From assembly GCA_050951545.1 (NCBI GenBank), contig JBMNJG010000007.1:384001-448000 (forward strand): 64,000 nucleotides of DNA, read 5' to 3'. Both the position numbers and the translations under genes were made by a program. This document shows, piece after piece, positions 38,148 through 47,540 of this stretch (position 1 is its first letter; each line of letters begins with the position of its first letter). The DNA comes from Limnochordia bacterium (GTDB taxonomy: Bacteria > Bacillota > Limnochordia > DTU080). Under the pieces are notes generated by a model, which saw only the letters and a program-made list of their open reading frames with translations, did not search any database and was not told where the DNA came from.

Positions 38148-39236
38148 CTATTTCGTCAGCCAGCGCTCCAAGAAGTCCAGTCCGGTGGTGGTCCGGATCT
38201 CATGACCACCTTCATGCAGATCGAGCTCTATTGCCTCTGGTATGCCGAGACGAGCATAGTGCTCTCGGGCTCTCTCGCAGGTCTCGACCACGAAAGGCCA
38301 CCAGGCTATGCCGTCCGCCTTTCCTGTTTGGATCTGCAGCGGGCGAGGGCAGATCAAAGAGGCGAGATCCTCGTCATGGAACTCTGCTAGCCAGCGCGGA
38401 ATAAAGACGTACTCCTCTTGCACCGAAAGAAAGCAACTGTAGCGGGGATCGTCAAAAACCATTTTCTTGACCCGATCGTTGAACCAGGCACAGCAGACGG
38501 CAGCTTTGATCCGTGGCTCGAGGGGGACGGTAAACAGGGTGTACGCACCGCCCAAGCTGATGCCCCACATACCCACGCGCTCGGCATCGATCTCTGGCAT
38601 CGCTAGTACAGTGTCGAGTAGGCAGCGAATCTTGTGAATCTCCACGCCCCATAGGGTAATGCCTAGCATCTTGCAGATGCGCTCTAGGCGGCTGCGCGGC
38701 GGCGCTCCCATGACATTCTTGGGGGCCAAGACCGCAAAGCCACGACGGACGAGCTCGCGACCATACTGCTGATAAGCACCGCCGCTGCCCGTGAGACCAA
38801 AGACCGTCTCCGGCGAGCTGCCAATGCCGTGTTGCGCTATCACCAGGGGCAGCTGGCCCGAACGTTTCTTGGGCAAGGCTACAACCCCGTGGGCCCGCAG
38901 ACTGCCAGCGACAGGCACTATCAGCCAGCGCGCCACCAGCTCGTCGTCTTCCATGAAGGGCTCCCAAACCACCTCGCCTTCGGGCTCAGGCAGGTCCAAG
39001 GTGGACAGATCGCCGACTGCTGCAAGCCAGCGGGCCCTGTTGGGTTCCACTGAATGCAGATAGGCCTGCCTCGAGCTGTAGTCACGGTTCCACAGTTTCT
39101 GGCGCGAGTGTGTCGAATGCTCACTTAGTGCGCGCAGGAAATCCTCAGTCTCCGTCTTTACCAGCCACTGCTTGTCGTTTACGACGCGGTCGATCACTTG
39201 AGGTGTGACGTGCAATGCGTTTTCGTATGATGGCAT
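38148..39236 (-). CDS. Alpha/beta hydrolase (dienelactone hydrolase-like)
   Basis: PLVIAQHG, nucleophile elbow WGISLGG, LICPRPL, GGHE. Confidence 0.85.
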   Translation of the reverse strand: MPSYENALHVTPQVIDRVVNDKQWLVKTETEDFLRALSEHSTHSRQKLWNRDYSSRQAYLHSVEPNRARWLAAVGDLSTLDLPEPEGEVVWEPFMEDDELVARWLIVPVAGSLRAHGVVALPKKRSGQLPLVIAQHGIGSSPETVFGLTGSGGAYQQYGRELVRRGFAVLAPKNVMGAPPRSRLERICKMLGITLWGVEIHKIRCLLDTVLAMPEIDAERVGMWGISLGGAYTLFTVPLEPRIKAAVCCAWFNDRVKKMVFDDPRYSCFLSVQEEYVFIPRWLAEFHDEDLASLICPRPLQIQTGKADGIAWWPFVVETCERAREHYARLGIPEAIELDLHEGGHEIRTTTGLDFLERWLTK

Positions 39237-39339
39237 TACAAAACCTCCCTGGAGAGTGATGTCATGCTGTGCGGGCACGGGCTGCCACCTTAGGATTTTG
39301 GCGCCCATGCTATGTGTTGCTGAACGGTCTCCTTCTTGC

Positions 39340-42300
39340 CTAAGGAGCCGATACCTGGAAACAGGTCACCCCACCAGCGTCATCAGCGATGGTGACCGTA
39401 TCTGCATGGCCAGCAAAACTGGATAGGGGCATGCCCTTGAGTACACAACGGGCAAGAAGGCTGCCGTCAACGCCTACTTCATAGACCGATCGATCGGTAC
39501 AGGCGACGAGTAGTCGTTGGCCAAGGGCGTGCATGGCTCTGATCTCGTGCGGTAGCTGAACGGCCCAAAGTTGCGCTCCTGAGAAGTCAAAGGCCGTGAG
39601 CCAAGCAGATGGTGAGCCGACGATGATCTCTTGCACGCCATCTGCATTGACATCCAGCGTGGCTAGAGCACTGATCCAGTCGCCGAGAAGCCGTAGCCAC
39701 TTACGGTCGCCCGTCACGGCATCGTGCAAGGCCACTTCGTTGTAGGCATTTTTGCGACCGATGATGGCTTGCTGACAACCATCGCTTGATAGGTCAACGA
39801 TCTCTAAGCCCGGCACGGCTGTCATATCCCAGCTGCCGCGCTCGTTGTCGAAGGCGTTGCGGCTAAGCACGTTGCCCTTCGCGTCGAGCCGCCATACCGT
39901 ACTACCCGAAGAGGAGTAGCCGTTGCTTACGAGTATGGTCTTGCTACCGTCCGGCATCTTCATGGCTCGAAGCCGGTCAGGGATTCCCCACTCGATCTGA
40001 CGCAGCCACCTTGGCTGTCCATCGGCCCCGATTAGTTCGACACAGCCTCCACCTGTACCACAGATGATCTCGCTTTGACCGTCGTTGTCGACATCCTCAG
40101 TAAGGATCGCTTGCACTTTGGCTTTCAGCTCAGTGGTCCACCACGAGTAGATGGTCTCCGGCATGCGACAGCGATGCTGCCAGATAAGCTTACCGTTGTC
40201 AGGGTGTAAGGCGTACAGATGCTCATCATCACAGCCCACCAGAAGCTTACCAGGCATGTGCGAGAGGGCGCGTACAGCGGCTGGTGCTTGAATCCGCCAA
40301 CGCATCTGGCCCTGAGCATCCAGACACAAGACACCGCCGCAAGCAAGTCCAATGACCGTCTCTGTGCAACCGTCAGCGTCGATATCTGCGGCGTAGGTGC
40401 TGAGTGGCACTCCATCGATCGAAGACGACCAAGCAGGCATCAGGGCAGCGAGTGCAGATGATGTGTCCGGGGTGGAGCGAGGCACGGGTCGCTGAGCATC
40501 CTGGCAGATCTGCTGCCTGAGCAGCTCCATGTCTCGGGGAAGAACGGCTGTACTGGCGAGCTCGTGGTGGCCCGCACTGAGTCGGTGACAGGAATGATCG
40601 ATCTGTACCTCGACTGGCTCCATCGCCTCAACAGCCACTTCACCGGTGGACGGGATCAGCTCCACATGGCAAGGCACAGAGGTCGTGATGACTTTGCTGG
40701 TCCCTATGGCTATCTCACGGCAGTTGACCACCGCTATCGAATCGGCACCCGCACAGAAAGCACTGCCCATGAGTCGCAGGTTCGCCCGGCGGAAGCCCTC
40801 CAAACCGATGAGTCCCATATAGGCCAGTTCGTCTCCGCATAGGACGCACAGGGTGTCGCCAATCTTGATGACCTCGTAGTGAGCGGTTGTGTCACTTCCT
40901 TCGACATAGAGTAGGTTAGTAAAGACCTGTACGTCTCCTGCCTGCATCTTTCTGTCGACGATCTGGCGCACACGGTTGATGCCAGGGCGGCTACAGTAGC
41001 TTCGCCAGGGCATCGTGTCAGGCGGGCCAAACAGGCCCACCGTCTGTTCGCTGTAGCGCAAGGGGAAACCCTCGGCATTCTTGATATGAAAGACATCACG
41101 CGGGGCATCTGGCTGAGCTTGCTCCCAGACTGTGGAGGAGAAGTGACTACCCGTGATCTGCGGTTCGCCGATGGTTCGCCATTGACATTCCAATGAGTAA
41201 TGACCGTTCTCGGTGATTCTCACAGCATCGAGGACCACAAACCAGGCGCCCTTGCGCCAGAAGATGTGGCGATCCCACGATGAGAAGGCGTGCTGGTTGG
41301 CTCTGCTATGACTGTAACCGAAGCCACTCAGATTGGCCACGGCCTCCAGCGAAGCTACGCGGCCCAAGGGGGCACCCAGTCCCTCCTTGCATACAGTGAC
41401 CACGTTGTGGCAGACGGGGTTTTCACCACCGATATCACTCACTAAGAAGATGCGATCGTTCTGGGTGAAATGAGCAATGGAGTTGACGTCGGGCCACGGT
41501 TTGCTGTCGGGCCCGCCGTGGAGCCCGTCCAGAAGCAGATACTGATCGTGATGCTCAAAGCCAGAGCGCATAGTCAACTTGTCGAACGACTTCTCGAAAG
41601 GTACCGCGGAGCCGCGTTGGCGGTGCTCCCACGAAGCGAGTGGCAGGTAGTAGACGCCGACCATCTTTTCCATCGATGATTCGGGTCTGAGACCTGTAGC
41701 CCAGGCTTGGCCAGCGGTGAACTCTTCGGTGGTGTCGGTGAAGCCCGCCTTTTTCTCCGCTCTCTCCCGCAGATGGGTGGTGGCCAGTAGCTGACCGTTG
41801 CCCAGCAGAGCCGCGCATTTCTGCAGTGTATAGGTGGGATAGCTGGTGTACTCGCTTTGTCCGGTGTTGGGCATGTAGCCAGTGTTGTCACAGTGCATGA
41901 GGCAGAGTTCAGCGTAGTGCTCCAGAGCCCCGCTGGTGATCAGGCGTTCGTCGCCCAACAGCAGAGCGGGGATAAGCACGCTCTCCAAGTAGCTGTAGAT
42001 GCCTCGTCCACCTAGATCGCTGTCGCCCTTGCACATTGTCATCTGTCTATCAAAATAGGCGCGTACCGCGTCTAAGTTCCGCTTCCATTCGTCAGACGGC
42101 CAGTACTTGCCAAAGTAACGGCTGTCAGTCAGGGTGCAGTTGGCCTGCATGGCCAGGTGGCGGTCGTGCAAACCTTTGGCTGTACAGTGTAGGAGACGTT
42201 CGATACCCGCACTGCCATCACGTCCGCGAGCGTGACGCAAGAGACGTTCCGTAATCTGATAGCGCTCTTCGAAAGAGAAAAAGGGGCTTTCTTCGATGAG

Positions 42301-43014
42301 ATCCCAGATGATGGCGTGCATATGCGCTTTGTAATGATCCGTGCCATACAGGATCTCTGTCTGGAGCGCTAGGTCGCGGAAACGCTTCGCATACTGCGTA
42401 TCCCCGTTATAGAAGTAGATCAGGCCCGCTCGGCTAGCCTCGCTATATCCAGATGGAGTCCGTAGGTGGGCTGCAAGAAGACGCAGGCGAGGGTCAACCC
42501 ATTCCCCGTTTGGCGGCATTTCATGACCTCGGCCCAGTTGGATGTGGGCCAGGTAGCCCACGCACAAGGGTTCGGCGGGCTGCAGGTGATCACAGAAAAC
42601 ACGCGCGGCCTGGGCGACTCCCTCGTCATCACTGCCGCCAAGGAAGATCACATTATGGCCAGTGCCATACGGATCGTGCAGCGAGCGCACTAGGTAACCG
42701 CCTGGTCCTGGATACCACAGATCAAGCAGTGTGTACCATTGCCAATACAGTCTCTCGACGAACTTACTGGAGACAAGGTTGCCCAAGACGATGGCGTTCT
42801 GCCGGGAGAGCACATGCTGTGTGGACACATGCTCTGCATCGACGATTGGCAAATGCACACCACTTAGCTGCGCTATGCGGGCTTGCACTTCTGCCGCGAT
42901 GGTTTGATATGCATCCCGCCGACTGCTGGAGACGATGACGGCTTCGGGCTCGGAGGCCTGAGTGAGTATGGTGTTGATCCGGTAATCCCGCAAGCATATT
43001 TCCGATGGTTCCAT
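39340..43014 (-). CDS. Large (~1224 aa) protein with possible lyase-like core and C-terminal FG-GAP/PQQ beta-propeller
   Basis: Repeated ADIDADG/EDVDNDG/LDVNADG FG-GAP motifs and W-containing PQQ-like blades; long uninterrupted ORF. Confidence 0.7.
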   Translation of the reverse strand: MEPSEICLRDYRINTILTQASEPEAVIVSSSRRDAYQTIAAEVQARIAQLSGVHLPIVDAEHVSTQHVLSRQNAIVLGNLVSSKFVERLYWQWYTLLDLWYPGPGGYLVRSLHDPYGTGHNVIFLGGSDDEGVAQAARVFCDHLQPAEPLCVGYLAHIQLGRGHEMPPNGEWVDPRLRLLAAHLRTPSGYSEASRAGLIYFYNGDTQYAKRFRDLALQTEILYGTDHYKAHMHAIIWDLIEESPFFSFEERYQITERLLRHARGRDGSAGIERLLHCTAKGLHDRHLAMQANCTLTDSRYFGKYWPSDEWKRNLDAVRAYFDRQMTMCKGDSDLGGRGIYSYLESVLIPALLLGDERLITSGALEHYAELCLMHCDNTGYMPNTGQSEYTSYPTYTLQKCAALLGNGQLLATTHLRERAEKKAGFTDTTEEFTAGQAWATGLRPESSMEKMVGVYYLPLASWEHRQRGSAVPFEKSFDKLTMRSGFEHHDQYLLLDGLHGGPDSKPWPDVNSIAHFTQNDRIFLVSDIGGENPVCHNVVTVCKEGLGAPLGRVASLEAVANLSGFGYSHSRANQHAFSSWDRHIFWRKGAWFVVLDAVRITENGHYSLECQWRTIGEPQITGSHFSSTVWEQAQPDAPRDVFHIKNAEGFPLRYSEQTVGLFGPPDTMPWRSYCSRPGINRVRQIVDRKMQAGDVQVFTNLLYVEGSDTTAHYEVIKIGDTLCVLCGDELAYMGLIGLEGFRRANLRLMGSAFCAGADSIAVVNCREIAIGTSKVITTSVPCHVELIPSTGEVAVEAMEPVEVQIDHSCHRLSAGHHELASTAVLPRDMELLRQQICQDAQRPVPRSTPDTSSALAALMPAWSSSIDGVPLSTYAADIDADGCTETVIGLACGGVLCLDAQGQMRWRIQAPAAVRALSHMPGKLLVGCDDEHLYALHPDNGKLIWQHRCRMPETIYSWWTTELKAKVQAILTEDVDNDGQSEIICGTGGGCVELIGADGQPRWLRQIEWGIPDRLRAMKMPDGSKTILVSNGYSSSGSTVWRLDAKGNVLSRNAFDNERGSWDMTAVPGLEIVDLSSDGCQQAIIGRKNAYNEVALHDAVTGDRKWLRLLGDWISALATLDVNADGVQEIIVGSPSAWLTAFDFSGAQLWAVQLPHEIRAMHALGQRLLVACTDRSVYEVGVDGSLLARCVLKGMPLSSFAGHADTVTIADDAGGVTCFQVSAP

Positions 43015-43182
43015 GGATTTTCCCCCTGCTTGTGTGTGGTCATAGCGAGAGGATGGCGTGGACGGCAGTGCCATTCCGTCGCTATGTGAGCTTTCTCGAC
43101 TCGAGACGGGCCACCTGCAGGAGGGGTTTGTGTTCTGGGCGTTGCGCAGCATGATAATGCAGATACGCACATATCTTTCTGC

Positions 43183-44250
43183 ATGACCAAGCAGAAGGTA
43201 CACCCAGCAAGCCTCTCCTCTGCGAGCATAGCAGGCGTCTATATCGGGGCTGTGATCGGTGCAGGTTTTGCCTCGGGCCAAGAGATCTGGCGCTTTTTCG
43301 GTCTGTACGGATCAGGTGGCTTTGCTGGTCTGGCTCTGAGCAGTCTGCTCTTTGCGCTCTACGCCTGGGCGGTGCTGTACCTGGCGCAGCGTTTGGGTGC
43401 TCGCTCTCATCTGGAGGTGGTGACCCACATCGGCGGCCCTATATGGGGGAGGCTGATGGATGGCTTTCTGACAGTCTCGCTGCCAGCTGGTCTGACGATC
43501 ATGCTGGCGGGAGCCGGAGCTGGTTTGGCAGAACAGTATAGCATTCCCAGTGTGGTGGGCAGCACCGCCATGATGCTGGTGAGTGTGCTGACCGTGCTGA
43601 TGGGGGTTCACGGTGTGGTGACCGCCATCAGCCTGATGGCCCCTTTCCTCATCAGCGTCGTCGTCGTCATTTCCTGGCTAACCCTTCGCACAGGGGCTGT
43701 TGACTGGCGGTGGGCCCTTGCTTCTTCGGCAGCACCGGTGTCTTGGTTGGTCTCATCATTGGCCTATGTTTCGTATAACCTGGTGCTCGCAGTCTCCGTG
43801 TTGGCTCCTATGGGATCTTTGAGCGAAAAACGCGTCATGTCCTGGGCGGCCCTATGGGGTGGCCTGGGGCTCGGGCTCAGTGCTACCGCAGTCAATATCG
43901 CCATATTGAGCCAGGGCCCCGCTGTAATCGGCTGCGAGGTACCGATGCTCTTGGTGGCAGCGAGAGTGTTGCCGAGGGCACCCTGGATCTACACGATCTT
44001 ACTGCTGATTGAGATCTACACTACGGCTGTGGCCAACTTGTACGGTTTTGGCGTGCGTCTGGCGTCAGTGCACTCCAACTCCAAGGCCTTTGGGCGCATA
44101 GTGGTGATCACGGGATGCATGTGCCTTATCGGGGCTCAAGTGGGCTTTTCTCGCCTAGTGGTCGTGATCTACAGAATCATGGGGTACGTAGGAGCACTAT
44201 TCCTTATAGCCCTTACTATCTGGCTCTGTCGGGGAGTCAGGCATGAATAA
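43183..44250 (+). CDS. YkvI family membrane protein
   Basis: YIGAVIGAGFASGQEIWRFF, YVSYN, EIYTTA, GFSRLV..IY..MGY. Confidence 0.88.
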   Translation: MTKQKVHPASLSSASIAGVYIGAVIGAGFASGQEIWRFFGLYGSGGFAGLALSSLLFALYAWAVLYLAQRLGARSHLEVVTHIGGPIWGRLMDGFLTVSLPAGLTIMLAGAGAGLAEQYSIPSVVGSTAMMLVSVLTVLMGVHGVVTAISLMAPFLISVVVVISWLTLRTGAVDWRWALASSAAPVSWLVSSLAYVSYNLVLAVSVLAPMGSLSEKRVMSWAALWGGLGLGLSATAVNIAILSQGPAVIGCEVPMLLVAARVLPRAPWIYTILLLIEIYTTAVANLYGFGVRLASVHSNSKAFGRIVVITGCMCLIGAQVGFSRLVVVIYRIMGYVGALFLIALTIWLCRGVRHE

Positions 44251-44358
44251 AGTTGGTGGCTGTTTGTGTCAAAAGTGCACTTGCCTTCTTCACCGCATGG
44301 CTTCAGAATGATAGTAGGATTGATCGATCACACAGCCCCATTAGAGAGGAGTTGCACT

Positions 44359-45645
44359 GTGAAACGACACGTCTCACTCAACGTGCCTGTAGTCGTTGCA
44401 TTTCTGCTGGTCAGCAGTCTGGCTACAGCGAAGACAACCCTGGTTCATTACGCCTACACGGGCCACGGTCAAGCCTACAGAGAGTTCATCGAAGCCGCCA
44501 AGCTGGATTTCCAGAAAGCCAACCCCGACATAGCGATCGACGTGGTCGAGGGCAATGACTACACTAAAGCCCTGACCATGGCCATAGGCGGCGTTGGCCC
44601 AGACGTACTCGACATGTCCACCAACCTAGCTTTTTCCTACTTTGATTCTGGTATGCTATGTGATCTCACACCCCTGATGAGCAAGGACAAGGAATTCCGC
44701 ATCCAGGAGTTTATCCCGGCGGCACTTGTGGGTTATCAGGCTAGGGGAGCTACGTTTGGTTTACCCTCGAGCATCTACCAGATACTGTGCTTCTACAATC
44801 GCGATCTTTTTCTGCAGGCTGGCGTTAAGGAGCCATCTGCAATGGGCAGTTCCTGGACCTGGGAAGCGGCCCTGGCCGCTGGTAAGCGTCTCACTCGTGA
44901 TCGCGATGGTGATGGTGAGATGGATCAGTGGGGCGTCAACGCCAACTGGGAAATCTACCGCTGGCCAGTGTTCGCCCATCAGGCGGGTGGTCTGCTTTTT
45001 GACAGACTGGTAGAACCCACAAAGCCAACCTTTGATAGTCCAGCGGGACGTGCAGGTCTCCAGTTCCTAGCGAGCCTGTGGGCTGAGAACGCAGCCGTGC
45101 CCGCTTCTCAGATATACTCTGCGCACCTTCTTTTCTACAATGGTCAGATCGGGTTTTCATTGGTAGACGGTCCATCATCGCTGGCTAGCATTCCCGCCAA
45201 TAACAACGATCAGTTTGAGTGGGACGTGGTGCAGTTGCCCAAAGGGCCTGTCCATAACGGTACGTACCTCATTATGAATGGCTTCCAAATTGCCGCTGAT
45301 TCGCCTCATGTGGAAGAAGCGTGGAGGTGGCTGAAGTTCCTGGTGAGCAGAGAGCGCCTTCAGGATTTCATGATCAGGACGGGGAGAACACCTGCGCGAA
45401 GCGCTCTCCTGCGGGAGATCCCCAAGACCCTGGAGCAGATCCCCAACAATCTGCAGGCGGTCTCTGATGCTGTACTCAACCCCAACAGCCAACCACCGTA
45501 CTTGACCCCCATATACTCCAAGCTGAATGGGCCTAGCGCGCAGGCCATTCGGCCCGTGCTACTTGGAGAAAAAAGCGTTGTGAACGCGTTGCAGGAGCTG
45601 GACACGGTGGCTGCGGCTCTTCTTTCCGACCTGGAAAAGCAGTAG
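44359..45645 (+). CDS. Sugar ABC transporter substrate-binding protein
   Basis: Signal peptide; FQKANPDI, FYNRDLF..AG, WTWE, DRDGDGEMDQWG, LPKGP. Confidence 0.88.
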   Translation: MKRHVSLNVPVVVAFLLVSSLATAKTTLVHYAYTGHGQAYREFIEAAKLDFQKANPDIAIDVVEGNDYTKALTMAIGGVGPDVLDMSTNLAFSYFDSGMLCDLTPLMSKDKEFRIQEFIPAALVGYQARGATFGLPSSIYQILCFYNRDLFLQAGVKEPSAMGSSWTWEAALAAGKRLTRDRDGDGEMDQWGVNANWEIYRWPVFAHQAGGLLFDRLVEPTKPTFDSPAGRAGLQFLASLWAENAAVPASQIYSAHLLFYNGQIGFSLVDGPSSLASIPANNNDQFEWDVVQLPKGPVHNGTYLIMNGFQIAADSPHVEEAWRWLKFLVSRERLQDFMIRTGRTPARSALLREIPKTLEQIPNNLQAVSDAVLNPNSQPPYLTPIYSKLNGPSAQAIRPVLLGEKSVVNALQELDTVAAALLSDLEKQ

Positions 45646-45676
45646 TCAGAGTACGCCATGACGTCTGACCAATGTA

Positions 45677-45710
45677 GAAAGCCGCCCGGTTACGTGCTGG
45701 GCGGCTTCTC
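45677..45710. terminator. Bidirectional terminator hairpin
   Basis: AAGCCGCCCGG...CTGGGCGGCTT between convergent genes. Confidence 0.65.
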
Positions 45711-45742
45711 ATGTGTACGCTCTGTGTCGCTGTGGGCGAAGG

Positions 45743-47086
45743 TCAGCCCAAATAGGCGTAGCGCAAGATGAAGAGCAGGGCCAGTATGTACATCCCTGGA
45801 TGCACTTCACGGCTTTTCCCCGAGCACAGCTTGATCAAGGGATAGCTGATGAACGCTAGAGCAATACCGTTGGCAATGGAATACGTCAGCGGCATAGCGA
45901 TCATGGCCAAGAAAGCTGGAATTGCTTCTGAGGCATCGTTCCACTTCACATCGAGAGCAGCCTTGATCATCAGTGAGCCCACGATGACCAGGGCTGGGGC
46001 GGTGACTGAACCAGCATCACCGATTGCCTTGACGAGCGGCGTGAAGAACAATGAGAGCAAGAAACAAGCGGAGACCACGAGACCAACAAGACCAGTGCGT
46101 CCGCCAGCGGCTACCCCGGCCGCAGACTCCACATAGCTGGTGACGGTGGGGGTGCCGAAGAACGAACCGCCCACAGTGCCGATGGCATCTGCCAACATAG
46201 CTTCTCTGGCCCGAGGCAGACGGCCGTTTTTGTCGAGGAAGTTAGCTTGTTTGGCCACTCCGATCAGGGTGCCAACGGTGTCGAACATGTCGACAAACAA
46301 GAAGGCGAAGATAATATCGAGCAGGCCTAGGCTCAGGGCTCCGCCAATATCCAGCTTGAACAGAATTGGCTGCCACACCGACAAGTGGGGCATTTGGAAG
46401 ATACCCGTCGGTAGTTGAACGACGCCTAGCGGAACTCCAAGAATCGCTGCCGCGATGATACCCCACAAAATGGCGCCCTTCACTCTCAGTGACATCAAGA
46501 TGCCTGTGATGATCACACCGATAAGGGTGAGCAAGGGAGCCGCCTCTGTGAGGCTACCTAGAGCTACGAAAGTCGCTGGGTTTCCGACGATCACACCGCC
46601 GTTCTTCAGACCGATAAACGCAATGAACAATCCAATACCAGCGGCAATGGCTCCTTTCAGCGAAGCTGGCACCGCATCGATAATAGCCTCACGGACCCTG
46701 GTGAGAGTGAGCAAGATGAAGACGACACCAGAGATGAAGACTGCACCCAAGGCTGTCTGCCAGGGCACGCCCATCCCCAAGACGATGGTGTACGTAAAGT
46801 ACGCGTTGAGCCCCATGCCAGGTGCCAGAGCGATGGGGTAGTTCGCCAAGAAGGCCATCAGTAAAGTGGCGAGGACTGTGGAGGCCACGGTGGCATACAT
46901 GACTGCCTCGAAGGGCATGCCTGTGGCTTGTACGATTCCTGGGTTGACGAAGATGATGTAGGCCATCGTCATGAACGTGGTTATCCCTGCAGCGACTTCG
47001 GTGCGCACATTCGTCTTGTTCTCTTTGAGTTTGAACCTGCGTTCAAGAAAACTGTCGTTTGCGCCCGGTGTAGCTTGTTGACTCAT
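45743..47086 (-). CDS. NCS2/AzgA family purine permease (PbuG-like)
   Basis: TTFMTMAYIIFVNP, APGMGLNAYF, DMFDTVGT, SYVESAAGV..GGRTG. Confidence 0.92.
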   Translation of the reverse strand: MSQQATPGANDSFLERRFKLKENKTNVRTEVAAGITTFMTMAYIIFVNPGIVQATGMPFEAVMYATVASTVLATLLMAFLANYPIALAPGMGLNAYFTYTIVLGMGVPWQTALGAVFISGVVFILLTLTRVREAIIDAVPASLKGAIAAGIGLFIAFIGLKNGGVIVGNPATFVALGSLTEAAPLLTLIGVIITGILMSLRVKGAILWGIIAAAILGVPLGVVQLPTGIFQMPHLSVWQPILFKLDIGGALSLGLLDIIFAFLFVDMFDTVGTLIGVAKQANFLDKNGRLPRAREAMLADAIGTVGGSFFGTPTVTSYVESAAGVAAGGRTGLVGLVVSACFLLSLFFTPLVKAIGDAGSVTAPALVIVGSLMIKAALDVKWNDASEAIPAFLAMIAMPLTYSIANGIALAFISYPLIKLCSGKSREVHPGMYILALLFILRYAYLG

Positions 47087-47142
47087 GGCTCTATACTGAC
47101 CTCCTTACGGGATGTCTTTGGTGGGTATTGATTCCATACAGA

Positions 47143-47176
47143 CGAACGATATTCCTGTAGGGATCTGAAACGTTCG
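47143..47176. promoter_or_regulatory. PurR operator (paired PurBoxes)
   Basis: CGAAC-N24-GTTCG upstream of the purine permease, matching the B. subtilis-type GAAC-N24/25-GTTC motif. Confidence 0.65.
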
Positions 47177-47177
47177 G

Positions 47178-47540
47178 TCACGTAGGTGCAAGTCCCTGTG
47201 GACGTGAGGGCTGCGTCGGTGCTTGAGCTTTCAGCCCATCGTCTGCTTGCGGCAGGACCTGCTGTTCATATAGCTTGGAGTACAGACCGCCTCCTTTGAG
47301 CAGTTGCCTATGCGTGGCTGATTCGACTATTCGGCCGTTGTCGACTACGAGAATAAGATCAGCCGCCAGAATGGTGGACAGACGATGGGCGATTACCAGG
47401 CTAGTTCGCTCAATCAGCAGGGGAGCCAGGGCCCGCTGCACGATGTGTTCGGCTTGCGAGTCTAGAGATGAGGTGGCCTCGTCAAGGATAAAGATGCGGG
47501 GATTGTTCAGAATCACCCGGGCGATAGCCACACGCTGTTT
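47178..47540 (-). pseudogene. ABC exporter ATPase, 3' fragment (after insertion)
   Basis: KQRVAIARVILNNPRIFILDEATSSLD...VIAHRLSTI...YSKLY begins abruptly at the array edge. Confidence 0.9.

Noticed and set aside
47087-47177. Purine riboswitch upstream of the NCS2 permease
   Set aside because: The leader is short and lacks the conserved aptamer sequences; a PurR-type motif fits better.
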